From: Acidobacteriota bacterium
Lineage (GTDB): Bacteria; Acidobacteriota; UBA6911; RPQK01; JAJDTT01
Reading direction: 5' to 3'
Assembly: GCA_965263035.1 (NCBI GenBank)
Contig: OZ253580.1
Coordinates: forward strand, 4,768,001-4,832,000
Length of the DNA: 64,000 nucleotides
The notes beneath the pieces were generated by a model. It was not told the DNA's origin. It saw nothing but the letters and a program-made list of their open reading frames with translations, and made no database searches. The translations under genes were made by a program, and so were the position numbers. Positions 38,350 to 48,288 of the stretch are shown one piece after another. How positions within the stretch are numbered: position 1 is the first letter of the stretch; each line of letters starts with the position of its first letter.

Positions 38350-39696
38350 TTGAAAGAATACCGGTGTTTCCAGTGCAGGCGGACCAAACTCGGGCGCCGC
38401 GACTTCCTCCGCGTAGGTTCCCTGAGCTTTCTCGGGATGAACGCCGGCGACCTCCTCAGTCTGGAGCGTCTCCAAGCGGCGGCCGGCGCCAAACCTCCCG
38501 CGGGCCAGGCTCAGGCCTGCATTCTCCTCTTCCTGGAGGGCGGCCCCAGCCAGATGGATACCTGGGATCCCAAGGGGAACACCAACTTCGGCTCCATCGC
38601 CACCAACGTCGACGGCATCCGGATCTCCGAACTCCTGCCCCGGACGGCCGGGCACCTGGACAAGCTCTCGCTGATCCGGTCCATGCGGACGCAGGAGACC
38701 AACCACCCCCAGGGGACCATCGAGTCCCTCACCGGCCATCGGCCCAGCCCCACCATGAAGTTCCCGGGGTTCGGCTCGATCGTGGCCAAGGAAATGGGTC
38801 CCCGCAACGGCATGCCGCCGTTCACCACGGTCCCCATGCCTTGGGAGAACGACTTCTACAACTACGAGGAGGCCTTCAAGGGCTCGTACATCGGCGCCGA
38901 GTACGACGCCATGGTCCTGCCGGACCCCAGCGGAGAGGAATATGTCGTACCCGACCTCCGGTTGCCCAAATCGGTCTCCGCCGCGGCCATCGAAGACCGG
39001 AAGACCCTGCTCAGCATCGTGGACCGGCATTACCGGGCCACCCAGGAGGTGGCCGAGTTCGGCAAGATGGACACTTACCGCGAGCAGGCACTGGGCATGA
39101 TCCTCTCGTCTCACGTCCAGAAGGCGTTCGACCTCTCCAGCGAATCAGAGAAGACCAGGGACGCGTACGGACGCCACCGCTTCGGCCAGAGCGTTCTGAT
39201 GGCCCGCCGCCTGGTGGAGGCCGGGTGCCGCTTCGTCACGGCGGCCGGTTACAAGCACGGGCAGTGGGACACGCACGGGAGCAACGACAAGCGGCTCAAG
39301 GAAGACCTGACCCCTCCCCTGGACCAGGCGCTCACCGCGCTGTTGGAAGATTTGGAACAGAGGGGTCTGTGGGAATCGACGGTGGTGCTGGTCATGGGTG
39401 AGTTCGGGCGGACTCCCCACATCAATCCCGGCCTGGGTCGGGATCACTGGCCCCACTGCTGGTCGTTGGCCCTGGGAGGCGGCGGTATCCAAGGGGGGCA
39501 GGTCATCGGCGTCAGCGACGACCGGGCCGCCTTCGTTGCGGAACGCCCGATCTCCATCGGCGACCTCTACGCCACCATCTACAAGGCGCTGGGTATCGAT
39601 TGGACCAAGACCTACATGGCTCCCGTTGGACGTCCCGTCTACATCGCCAACGGTTTCGACGACACCATGGGGCAGCCCATCCCGGAATTGATCTGA
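38350..39696 (+). CDS. DUF1501 domain protein
   Basis: RRDFL Tat-like motif, GGPSQMDTWDPK, WDTH, GEFGRTP, GRDHWP. Confidence 0.92.
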   Translation: MKEYRCFQCRRTKLGRRDFLRVGSLSFLGMNAGDLLSLERLQAAAGAKPPAGQAQACILLFLEGGPSQMDTWDPKGNTNFGSIATNVDGIRISELLPRTAGHLDKLSLIRSMRTQETNHPQGTIESLTGHRPSPTMKFPGFGSIVAKEMGPRNGMPPFTTVPMPWENDFYNYEEAFKGSYIGAEYDAMVLPDPSGEEYVVPDLRLPKSVSAAAIEDRKTLLSIVDRHYRATQEVAEFGKMDTYREQALGMILSSHVQKAFDLSSESEKTRDAYGRHRFGQSVLMARRLVEAGCRFVTAAGYKHGQWDTHGSNDKRLKEDLTPPLDQALTALLEDLEQRGLWESTVVLVMGEFGRTPHINPGLGRDHWPHCWSLALGGGGIQGGQVIGVSDDRAAFVAERPISIGDLYATIYKALGIDWTKTYMAPVGRPVYIANGFDDTMGQPIPELI

Positions 39697-39709
39697 CGAT
39701 TCGCGCGTT

Positions 39710-42463
39710 GTGACCGCCGCTGATCGCCCCAATTCGCCCTGGCCGCTGGGCTCCTGTCCGACTCTGGCCCGATCCGTTCCGAAACGGATGCACGCGCTGA
39801 CCCTGTACCGGGACCGATACGGTCCGCCCCGGGACGTGGTCCGGCTGGAGCAGGTCGAGGTTCCACGCCTGCGCGCCGCCGACGCCCGGGGTGTCCTCGT
39901 ATCCGTGCTGGCCAGCGGACCCAACTTCAATACCAATTTTGCGGCTCTGGGGCTGCCGGTTCCCGTCTTCGCCCGGGGCGACAGCGCCACCCTGCACATT
40001 CCGGGAAGCGACGCCCTGGGCATCGTGGTGAATGCGGGCCCGGCGGTCCGGTCGGTGAAGGTGGGACAGGCCGTCATTCTCGATTCCTGGACGGGTCACA
40101 ACATCCGCGGCTACGAGACCCACGACGGCTTCAATGCCCAGTTCGCCCTGGTCGACGAAGAGCGCGCCATTCCGCTGCCCCCGTCCCTCGGCGGCCACAG
40201 CCCCGAGCAGCTCTCGGCCATGCTACTCACCTACGGCACAGCCTACCGCACCGTAGTCGAGCGTCTGGCCGTCGGTCCGGGAGATTCCATGCTGGTCCTG
40301 GGAGGCGGGAAGGGAACCAGCTTCGCCGCCGCACAACTGGGAAAGGCCCTCGGAGCCCGCGTCGTCCTGATGGGTTCGAATCCGAAGTTGGGCCGATCCC
40401 TCATCGAACGGGGAATCACCGACGCCTTCGTCGACCGGCGGCAGATCCCGGCCGAGGTCTTCGGCGTGGTCGACGTGGCGGAAGAATATGACCGGTGGTA
40501 CGCTCGGACTGAGCCCTTTCGCCGGATCGTGCTGGCCGCCAATCAAGGTCGTCCTGTGGACACGGTCTTCGAGCATACCGGGGGCGCCAACTTTCCTCTG
40601 CTGGTTTCGGTTCTCGGCCCGAACGGACGACTCGCCTTCTTCGGCGCCACCGGCCGGGGCCTCAAGGGCGAATACAAGGAGACCTTCTTCTACGACGGAC
40701 GGCGCTTCGTCATGGACGCCCGCTGGGTCTGGATGCGCCAGAAGCAGGTCCTCTTTCGGAGCGGGACCCCGGCGGAGATCTTCTCGGAGATCGGTCTGCT
40801 GCCGGGGCGAAGAGGGCTGGTCTGGGGCGCCGACCGGTACGCGCGGGATTTCGTCGAGGCCGCACTGCAGCGGCGGGCGGACCTGGCGGTGGTCGCCTCC
40901 CGTTCCCGGGAATCGGAAGGGCTGGCCGCTCTGTTCCGGATGGGCCTCACCGAGTCGCAGGTCATCGATCGCGATCGGTTCCGTCTACCCGACGACATGC
41001 CGGATCCCTTGACCGACGAGGGGACGCCGAATCCCGCCTACATGTCCGATTTCATGATGGACGCCCGGGCTCTGGGCCGGGCCATCTGGGGGGTCTTCGG
41101 TCCTCGGGTCAATCCGGACTTCATCGTGGAGCGGCCCGATCAGAGTACGCTGCACGTGAGCACATTCCTGCTGAGGGACCATGACGAGAAGGACGAGATG
41201 CCGTGCGGCGTCGTCGTCGCCCGCGGGTCGTCCGACCTGACCGTCTCCGGCTCCCACATGTATCGAGCGGCCCAGGCTCGGGAGACGGTCCGACTGCTGG
41301 CCCGGAATCGAATCGTCATGGACCAGGAGGACCTGGAGGTGGTGAGCCTGTCCGGACTGCCGGAGATCCAGCAGAAGATGCTGGACGGCACCATGGCGAA
41401 ACCCAAGGGGGTGGCGCTGGTCCAGGCGGACGCCGCAGGCCGGAGGATCTCCGACTACGAAGCCGAGTACCTGGGCAAAAAGCTCCGAGAGGCCGACCCG
41501 GAAAACGGCCGGTTCATCGCCTTGAGCCTGATCGACGAGGTAGGAATCCTCACACTCCAAAGGCCGGACGCCTTGAACGCTCTCAATCAGGAACTGCTAG
41601 ACCAGCTCGCCGGGTTGGTGGAAGAGGTCGAGAAGCACGGGTCCCTCCACGGAGAAAAGACGAGCGCCCTGATCCTGCGTGGCTCGGGACGAGCTTTCGT
41701 GGCGGGGGCCGACGTCCAGGGCTTCGTGGGCCGGGACGCGGAGGCCATCCGGCGTCTGGCAGCGGAGAACATGGCTCTCTTCCGGCGGCTGGAAACCCTG
41801 CCTCTTCCGGTGGTGTCGATCGTGGACGGCTTCGCGCTGGGAGGCGGCAACGAGCTGGCCATGAGCACCCACTATCGAATCGTCACTGAGAACGCGGTCA
41901 TCGGGCAGCCGGAAGTGAAGCTCGGCATCATTCCCGGATACGGGGGCATGCAGAGGCTGCCGAGGCTTATCGGTCCGCGGAGAGCCGCGGAGATGGCGGT
42001 CAACGGAGAATCGGTGGACGGACGCACGGCGGTGATGATCGGGCTGGCCCAAGAGTTCCATCCCTCCTGCACCGCCCTGGCCAGAGCGTTTCAGGTGGCC
42101 GGCGAGCTCCGGTCCGGGACGCATCGGCCCGAAGCGTCCGATTGGGATCGCCTCGCTGCCACCCACGGTCCCGAAATGGATACGCTCTACCAAAGCGAGG
42201 CCGTGACCACACTCTTGAATGCGCCGGCTCCCACCGGCAGGGGCGCGGAAGATCTGCGGGCCGCTCGCGAGTTCGCGGCCCGGTTGGCGCTGACGGCCCT
42301 GCGGTTCGGTTACGAGCACGGGTTCGCCCGCGGCATGGACAACGACGCGAGACTGTTCGGTGAAGCCGTGGCGTCGGCGTCCGGTCAGTGGTGGGTGCGG
42401 CGTTTTCTGGCGAAAGATCCCAGGCAGTCCACTTTCCTGACCTTGCTGGCGCCCGAGGTGTAA
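39710..42463 (+). CDS. Fusion of a crotonyl-CoA carboxylase/reductase-like MDR domain and a C-terminal enoyl-CoA hydratase
   Basis: NFN, HIPGSDALGIV, GYETHDG..AQF, WMRQK, GSH (Ccr-like); FVAGAD, GGGNEL, GQPEVKLGIIPGYGG (crotonase, both catalytic Glu). Confidence 0.85.
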   Translation: MTAADRPNSPWPLGSCPTLARSVPKRMHALTLYRDRYGPPRDVVRLEQVEVPRLRAADARGVLVSVLASGPNFNTNFAALGLPVPVFARGDSATLHIPGSDALGIVVNAGPAVRSVKVGQAVILDSWTGHNIRGYETHDGFNAQFALVDEERAIPLPPSLGGHSPEQLSAMLLTYGTAYRTVVERLAVGPGDSMLVLGGGKGTSFAAAQLGKALGARVVLMGSNPKLGRSLIERGITDAFVDRRQIPAEVFGVVDVAEEYDRWYARTEPFRRIVLAANQGRPVDTVFEHTGGANFPLLVSVLGPNGRLAFFGATGRGLKGEYKETFFYDGRRFVMDARWVWMRQKQVLFRSGTPAEIFSEIGLLPGRRGLVWGADRYARDFVEAALQRRADLAVVASRSRESEGLAALFRMGLTESQVIDRDRFRLPDDMPDPLTDEGTPNPAYMSDFMMDARALGRAIWGVFGPRVNPDFIVERPDQSTLHVSTFLLRDHDEKDEMPCGVVVARGSSDLTVSGSHMYRAAQARETVRLLARNRIVMDQEDLEVVSLSGLPEIQQKMLDGTMAKPKGVALVQADAAGRRISDYEAEYLGKKLREADPENGRFIALSLIDEVGILTLQRPDALNALNQELLDQLAGLVEEVEKHGSLHGEKTSALILRGSGRAFVAGADVQGFVGRDAEAIRRLAAENMALFRRLETLPLPVVSIVDGFALGGGNELAMSTHYRIVTENAVIGQPEVKLGIIPGYGGMQRLPRLIGPRRAAEMAVNGESVDGRTAVMIGLAQEFHPSCTALARAFQVAGELRSGTHRPEASDWDRLAATHGPEMDTLYQSEAVTTLLNAPAPTGRGAEDLRAAREFAARLALTALRFGYEHGFARGMDNDARLFGEAVASASGQWWVRRFLAKDPRQSTFLTLLAPEV

Positions 42464-42472
42464 CCGGGGCCG

Positions 42473-43015
42473 TCAACGGTTTCTGGCCGGATCCTCCAGG
42501 AACAGCTTGAAGCGGACTTGCTCCCAATCACCCCAGTTCCTTCTTCTCTGGAAGAGGAAGTGGACCTCCGAATCTTCGGTGCCGCGAAAGGCGCGGAGAG
42601 TGTTCTCCCAGTTCTGCACCTGGTCCTGGTATTGGGGCCGGCCCGTCTTGCTCAACTGTCTTTCTTCTGCCGTCCCCATCGGGACGGCTGTCGACCGCAG
42701 ATACAGAGTCCCGACGATGGGAATGACTCGATCCGACTCCGTTTCAGTCCGCGCTTCGCCCGGGACGGTGGCGACGACCTCTTCGCCCTTCAGAAAGACC
42801 AGGGAACAGCCTTCCTCCTCGCGCCGGACTTCCAGATCGAAGCCACCCCGGTCCAACCGCTGGCCGTCCTCCGTGTAAAGGTCCCGATCCAGCCGGATCT
42901 CGGTCACATAGACCTCGACGGCTGCCCGCACCTGACCCGCACCTACAGCCAGGATCGCAATCAGGTGGACTCCGGCGACGAAATGCAGACATCGGAGTAG
43001 ACGGGTCCCATTCAT
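42473..43015 (-). CDS. Hypothetical secreted protein
   Basis: Signal peptide ending VRA; start overlaps the hicB stop. Confidence 0.65.
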   Translation of the reverse strand: MNGTRLLRCLHFVAGVHLIAILAVGAGQVRAAVEVYVTEIRLDRDLYTEDGQRLDRGGFDLEVRREEEGCSLVFLKGEEVVATVPGEARTETESDRVIPIVGTLYLRSTAVPMGTAEERQLSKTGRPQYQDQVQNWENTLRAFRGTEDSEVHFLFQRRRNWGDWEQVRFKLFLEDPARNR

Positions 43016-43227
43016 GAGACGATTCCCGTTTCTCGGATGGCCTCAGGGGGCACACCGCGCAATTCTTTCTCGCGGCGTTCCTTGAGGATGAGCGCTATGG
43101 CCTCCGCCAGATTGTCACGAGCCTCATCCTTGGACTTGCCCTGACCGTTGGCGCCAGGGATTTCCGGGCAGTAGGCAATATGCCACTCTCCGTCCCGCTC
43201 GATAATGGACGTGAACGGATTCGTCAC
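43012..43227 (-). CDS. hicB: HicB-family antitoxin (short form)
   Basis: IAYCPEIPGANGQGKSKDEARDNLAEAI. Confidence 0.85.
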   Translation of the reverse strand: MTNPFTSIIERDGEWHIAYCPEIPGANGQGKSKDEARDNLAEAIALILKERREKELRGVPPEAIRETGIVS

Positions 43228-43343
43228 CGTTGAAGTCTCCCAAAATATCGCCCCTCAGGTCAAAGGGCGATTTGACCCTCAAGGTGAATCTCATCGGGCT
43301 CACGAGGCGACTCGCCATTCAGGGATAGGCGACCCGTGGTACT

Positions 43344-43703
43344 TTGACGGGAAATGTCGCTCTTGATCACGCGGAATCCAGGGAGTCGAAAGTGATCCTT
43401 GACCTCAAGTGTTATGCGTACCGCGAGGCTGACGCTTGGGAAGCAATCTGCGTCGACTTGGACATTGCGACGTGTGGCTCGTCTCTCGACGAAGTCAAGC
43501 AATCCCTCGCCACCTCCATAGAACTTTATTTGGGGAGGGTCGCCGAGTTGCCGGCCCACGAACAAAGCGACTTCTTGGCGCGCAAGTCTCCTTGGCATTT
43601 TCGCGCCAAGCTGGCGTTCACGACTTGGTTGTCTGGTCTTCGAGGCTCAGCCGGTCGATTTCGGGGCTTTTCGTTCCAACATGACCTTCCCGTGCTTCCC
43701 TAA
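43344..43703 (+). CDS. HicB-like fold protein
   Basis: WEAICVDLDIATCGSSLDEVKQSLATSIELYL. Confidence 0.7.
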   Translation: MTGNVALDHAESRESKVILDLKCYAYREADAWEAICVDLDIATCGSSLDEVKQSLATSIELYLGRVAELPAHEQSDFLARKSPWHFRAKLAFTTWLSGLRGSAGRFRGFSFQHDLPVLP

Positions 43704-43840
43704 CGCAACAGGACCTTTGGCAACCCGGACTGCCGACGAATTCCGGACAAGGTGACTGCGGACAAGGTGACTGCCCGTACCTCGTCGCCATCCTTTCCAG
43801 GTACCGGAACGATCAGGCGTTTTCCGCCTACCCATCCCCA
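43700..43840 (-). pseudogene. 5'-truncated HicA-like toxin relic with an internal 15-bp duplication
   Basis: GKRLIVPVP...TLSGIRRQSGL resembles the HicA C-terminal half; GGACAAGGTGACTGC x2 at 43745..43774; no GSH motif or plausible start. Confidence 0.6.
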
Positions 43841-43939
43841 ACCTGGCGAAGCCGAAACCAAAATGTTTTCGGCGGAGCGGCGGCATTCCAGCTCCCGGAC
43901 CTTCAATTGGCCTCGTCGTGCTCCGGTTTGGACCGAAGA

Positions 43940-43966
43940 GGGCGCCCACAAGGGGCGCGCCCCTAC
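43940..43966 (-). repeat. GTAG-foot REP-like hairpin
   Basis: Reverse complement GTAGGGGCGCGCCCCTTGTGGGCGCCC. Confidence 0.7.
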
Positions 43967-44041
43967 CAATAATTCTTCGTCCATTCGCACAAGATTTTGA
44001 GAGTAGGGAACTGAAAGTGCCGGTGGCTTCCGGACTGGAGG

Positions 44042-45511
44042 TTAACTTCGCTGGAGTAGCCGCCGTGAGAGGTCGTTGTAACCCCCCACGTCGGTGAGTC
44101 GCCGGTCCCGTCCCTGGAAGAAGTAGGTGAGTCCTTCGTGGTCCAGGCCCAGCAGCGAGAGGATGGTGGCGTGCAGGTCGTGGACGTGAACCTTGTCCTC
44201 GGTCGCCTTCATTCCCAGGTCGTCGGTGGCGCCGATGGCCTTCCCTCCCTGGATTCCGGCTCCCGTCATCCAGCATGAGAATCCGTACGGGTGATGATCC
44301 CGGCCGAGTTTTCCCTGCACGAACGGCGTCCGGCCGAATTCCCCGGAACAGAACACCAGGGTGCTCTCCAGCAGCCCCCGCTGCTTGAGATCCTGCAGCA
44401 GGCCGGCGATGGGCTGGTCCACCTTTCTGGAGTTGTCCCAATGGTTCCGGGAACATTGCTCGTGGCCGTCCCAGTCGGTGCTGATCAGGTGTACGAAGCG
44501 GACGCCGCGTTCCAACATGCGCCGGGTCAGCAGGCACATCCGCCCGAACTTCCGGCTCTTTTCCTGGTCCAGTCCGTACAGCCGGCGGATGTGTTCCGGC
44601 TCCCGGGAGAGGTCGACGAGTTCCGGCGCGGCGGTCTGCATTCGGAAAGCCAGCTCATAGTTGGAGATGCGAGCCGCCAGACTCGTGTCGTCGGAGCGGG
44701 CCTGGTAGTGCCGCCGGTTCGACTTCCGGATCCAGTCCAGGAGGTTCCGCTGATCCGCCGGGGTCATCTCCTGGGGAGGAGTCAGGTCCTTGAGAGGGGC
44801 GCCCTCGGAGCGCAGCAGGGTGCCCTGGTAGATGGCGGGCAGGAACCCGGAGCCGAAGTGGTTCCGGTTGGTCCGGCCCCACAAGTTGCCGTCGGTCATC
44901 ACCATGTAGGCGGGAAGATTGTCGTTCTCGCTCCCCAGGCCGTACAGGATCCAGGACCCGACGCTGGGATGTCCCGTGAGGATGGAACCGGTGCAGAGGT
45001 AGTTGGTCGCCGGACCGTGGACGAAGGAATCATGGTAGCAGGAGCGGACCACTGCCAAGTCGTCGGCGTGCGTGGCCACCTTCCGCATGAGATCCGAAAT
45101 CTCCAGCCCCGACTCCCCGTACCTGCGAAAGGGGATGTCCGAACCCATCAGCTTGGCTTCGCCGGCGGCGATATTGGCGAAATTGAGATCGCCCGAGGCG
45201 AAGCTCTGGGGAAGGTTCTGGCCGTCGTAGCGCGTCAGAGCCGGCTTGGGATCCAGGGTGTCCACATGGCTGGCGCCTCCCTGGAGATAGATGAAGACCA
45301 CGTTGCGGCCACTTGCGCTCTGGTGAGGAGGCTTGGGTGCGAGCGGGTGCAGAATCGATTCCCGGGTCCCCTTGGCGGAGGCCGTCCGGAAGAAGGATTC
45401 CCGCTCCAGCAGATGGATCAGCGGCAGGGAGCCGAAGCCCATTCCCCACTTGCTCAGGAACTCGCGTCGTGAGCCGGCCGGTTCATGGCGATGGCAGTGG
45501 AAGGGATTCAT
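44042..45511 (-). CDS. DUF1501 domain protein
   Basis: SRREFL, GGASHVDTLDPKP, WDGH, GEFGRTP, GRDHHP. Confidence 0.92.
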   Translation of the reverse strand: MNPFHCHRHEPAGSRREFLSKWGMGFGSLPLIHLLERESFFRTASAKGTRESILHPLAPKPPHQSASGRNVVFIYLQGGASHVDTLDPKPALTRYDGQNLPQSFASGDLNFANIAAGEAKLMGSDIPFRRYGESGLEISDLMRKVATHADDLAVVRSCYHDSFVHGPATNYLCTGSILTGHPSVGSWILYGLGSENDNLPAYMVMTDGNLWGRTNRNHFGSGFLPAIYQGTLLRSEGAPLKDLTPPQEMTPADQRNLLDWIRKSNRRHYQARSDDTSLAARISNYELAFRMQTAAPELVDLSREPEHIRRLYGLDQEKSRKFGRMCLLTRRMLERGVRFVHLISTDWDGHEQCSRNHWDNSRKVDQPIAGLLQDLKQRGLLESTLVFCSGEFGRTPFVQGKLGRDHHPYGFSCWMTGAGIQGGKAIGATDDLGMKATEDKVHVHDLHATILSLLGLDHEGLTYFFQGRDRRLTDVGGYNDLSRRLLQRS

Positions 45512-45526
45512 GGAATAAACCGCTTC

Positions 45527-48148
45527 TCAATCAATATGGCTGAACTCGTTGACATTAAACAGTCCCAGGCAGAACTGGGTCAAGGCTGCGGCCCGCCGCC
45601 GTGGAATCTTCTCGAGCTGGGCCGGAAGCTCGAACCATTTCTCTACCTTCACCTCCCGGGCTCGGGCCGACATCAGTTCCAGGGCTTCCTTCTTCTCCGT
45701 GGCGGACGGCGCCCGGCTCAGGGCAAGCCGCCACGCCTTCTCCACCCAGGCTCCCGGGTCGTCCCCCTCGCTCTCCACCAGTCGGGACGCAAAGGCCACT
45801 GCCTGCCGGAACGCCATCCGGTTGTTGAGGAACCAGAGGGCCTGCGGCGCTACCGTGGTGACGTCACGGCGGGGGCAGCTGACGGCGTTCTGGGGGCTGT
45901 CGAAGACGTCGAACATGGGAAACCGGAGATTGCGGCGGCTGAGGATATAGACGCCCCGGCGGAGTTGGGAGAGGGGGTCCGCGACGGTCAGCCAACCTTT
46001 GGGACCTCCCAGGCTTTCCATCTCTTCAGCTCCGAGTGGCGGCGCCGCCGGACGGCCGTACACCCCGAGATTCAGGGTGCCGGCCACCGCAAGGGTGGCG
46101 TCCCAGAGGACTTCCGCTTCCAACCGCCGCCGGTTCATCCTCCAGAGGAGACGGTTTTCGGGATCCAGCGAGTAAGCGGCCGGATCGCCGTGCAAGCTCG
46201 ACATGCGGTAAGTGCTGGAGTTCAGGATCAGCCAGTGCATCGCCTTGAGGCTCCAGCTCCGGGCCGTGAACTCGACGGCCAGCCAATCCAGGAGCTGTGG
46301 ATGACTGGGCTGCTCTCCCTGGCGGCCGTAGTCGTTGGGAGTTCCCACCAGTCCTTGTCCGAAATGCCATTGCCAGAGCCGGTTCACCATGACCCGAGCG
46401 GTGAGAGGGTGGTCCGGACGGCTCAGCCAGAGCGCCAACTGCTTGCGGGGGCGGTTCCCCATTGATCCCGAGAAGACGCCATTGGGATCGGTCTCCCGGC
46501 TAAGCACCGCCGGCAAGCCGGGTCCGACCCGTTCCTCCTTGCGTCTGAACTCGCCTCGACTCAAGACGTGAACGGGTGCGGAAGCCTCCCGATCGTAATG
46601 ATCCAGCACTGAAGCGGTCGGTAACTCAAGCAGTCCTTCGAACCGGACCAGATTGGAGCCCTCGATCTCGGAGACCTTGAGTACGGCCCGGGCCAGCCCG
46701 AAAAGCAATTTTTGGTGTTCGTCCTGCTCCGGCTCGGTCAGAGCCTCCTCGAATTTGACGGCACGGACCGCCTCCATCAGGAGTTTGGCCAATTCTTCCT
46801 GCTCCGGGGTCCGCCGATCATTGTCCGTCTCGTAGGCTTCCACCACTTCCGGTGAAAATTGCGCCTTCTTCTCCTGTTCGATCCTCTTTTTGACCCGTTT
46901 CTCGAATCGGCGATAAGCGGAACGGCTTTCGTCCACGGCGATGACGGCGGGGTAGTCGATGTTCCGCGAGACCGCCTGAATGGGACTCATGATGGGGACG
47001 TCGACCTTGTGGCTGTTGGCGAACAGGGCCTGGAAGGCGTAGTAGTCCCTCTGGCTGATGGGGTCTGCTTTGTGATCGTGACAGCGGGCGCAGCCCAGAG
47101 TGAGCCCCAGAAAGGCGGCGCCGGTGGTGTCCGCCCAATCGGTCAGTTCTTCGGCGCGCAACTGCTGGGCGTCCTGCATCGACTCCAGCACCTCGGGCCC
47201 GAACGTGTAGAGGCCGGTTCCGACCCGTGCTTCCAGGTATTCGTTCTTCTTCAGGGGAATGGTCCGGCTCCCCAGGAGCTCGAATCGTTGGGGCCAGAGC
47301 TCGTCGCCTGCGACCTGCTCCTGCAGGAAACGGTCGTAGGGCTTGTCCTCGTTGAACGACTTGATGACGTAGTCCCGATACCGCCAGGCGTTGGGGTAGT
47401 AGTGGTCCGACTCGTATCCGCTGCTGTCGGCATAGCGGACCACGTCCAGCCAGTGCCGGGCCCAGCGCTCGCCGTAGCGTGGCGATTCCAGCAGCTTGCC
47501 CACCATCTTGCCGTAGGCCTCGGGCGAGTCGTCTTCCAGGTGCCGGTCCACCTGCTCCGGCGTCGGCGGAAGTCCGATGAGATCGAAGTAGGCTCTTCGG
47601 ATCAGGGTTCGCCGGTCGGCCTCGGGCGCCGGTTTCAAGCCCTTTTCCTGAAGCCGGGCCAGCACGAATGCATCGATGGGGTTCCGGACCCAGCCGTCCG
47701 CTTCCGTCTCTGGAACGGGTGGCCGCCGGAGCTTCCGGAACGACCACCAGGAGGGTGGGGAGGGGCCGTCTTCCCGGACGCCGGTCCAAGGAAGGCCGGC
47801 GTCGATCCAGCGGCGCAGCACCTCCAGATCCGCAGCCGCCAGCGGAGAGCCGCCCGGGGGCATTTTCAGCTCGCCGTCATGGGAAGCGGCCAGAAACAGC
47901 AGGCTTGAGCCGGCGTCTCCGGGAATCGCCGCCGGACCCCGCTGGCCGCCTTCCAGCAGAGTTTGCCTCCCGCTCAGATCAAGTCCCCCCTGGCGCGCCA
48001 CGCCATGGCAGGCAAGGCAGTCCCGCTCCAGAATCTCAAGAGCGGCCCCCACCACCGATCCGTCCGATTCCGTAGCGATAGTACTACCGGTCAGGAATGG
48101 CAGCGACCAGAACACGATGGCCAGGAAGGCATAAAGCCGGTTGATCAT
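45527..48148 (-). CDS. Planctomycete cytochrome c + DUF1549/DUF1553 (PSD1) protein
   Basis: CLACH, YGERWARHWLD, CARCHDHK, HPLTARVMVNRLW. Confidence 0.92.
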   Translation of the reverse strand: MINRLYAFLAIVFWSLPFLTGSTIATESDGSVVGAALEILERDCLACHGVARQGGLDLSGRQTLLEGGQRGPAAIPGDAGSSLLFLAASHDGELKMPPGGSPLAAADLEVLRRWIDAGLPWTGVREDGPSPPSWWSFRKLRRPPVPETEADGWVRNPIDAFVLARLQEKGLKPAPEADRRTLIRRAYFDLIGLPPTPEQVDRHLEDDSPEAYGKMVGKLLESPRYGERWARHWLDVVRYADSSGYESDHYYPNAWRYRDYVIKSFNEDKPYDRFLQEQVAGDELWPQRFELLGSRTIPLKKNEYLEARVGTGLYTFGPEVLESMQDAQQLRAEELTDWADTTGAAFLGLTLGCARCHDHKADPISQRDYYAFQALFANSHKVDVPIMSPIQAVSRNIDYPAVIAVDESRSAYRRFEKRVKKRIEQEKKAQFSPEVVEAYETDNDRRTPEQEELAKLLMEAVRAVKFEEALTEPEQDEHQKLLFGLARAVLKVSEIEGSNLVRFEGLLELPTASVLDHYDREASAPVHVLSRGEFRRKEERVGPGLPAVLSRETDPNGVFSGSMGNRPRKQLALWLSRPDHPLTARVMVNRLWQWHFGQGLVGTPNDYGRQGEQPSHPQLLDWLAVEFTARSWSLKAMHWLILNSSTYRMSSLHGDPAAYSLDPENRLLWRMNRRRLEAEVLWDATLAVAGTLNLGVYGRPAAPPLGAEEMESLGGPKGWLTVADPLSQLRRGVYILSRRNLRFPMFDVFDSPQNAVSCPRRDVTTVAPQALWFLNNRMAFRQAVAFASRLVESEGDDPGAWVEKAWRLALSRAPSATEKKEALELMSARAREVKVEKWFELPAQLEKIPRRRAAALTQFCLGLFNVNEFSHID

Positions 48149-48224
48149 GGATTCGATTCCGGCGCCGGAAATAGGTCTGTCTACAGCGGCAACAGTCTAC
48201 CAAGTCCGGGCAGGACTTGCTGAT

Positions 48225-48246
48225 GGCGGCGGCTTTCTTGCCGCCG
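48225..48246. repeat. REP-like hairpin (same core as 38251..38270)
   Basis: GGCGGCGGCTTTCTTGCCGCCG. Confidence 0.6.
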
Positions 48247-48288
48247 CACGCCGGTGGTCCGTGGGTAAGACAGCCTGAACAATTCCGC

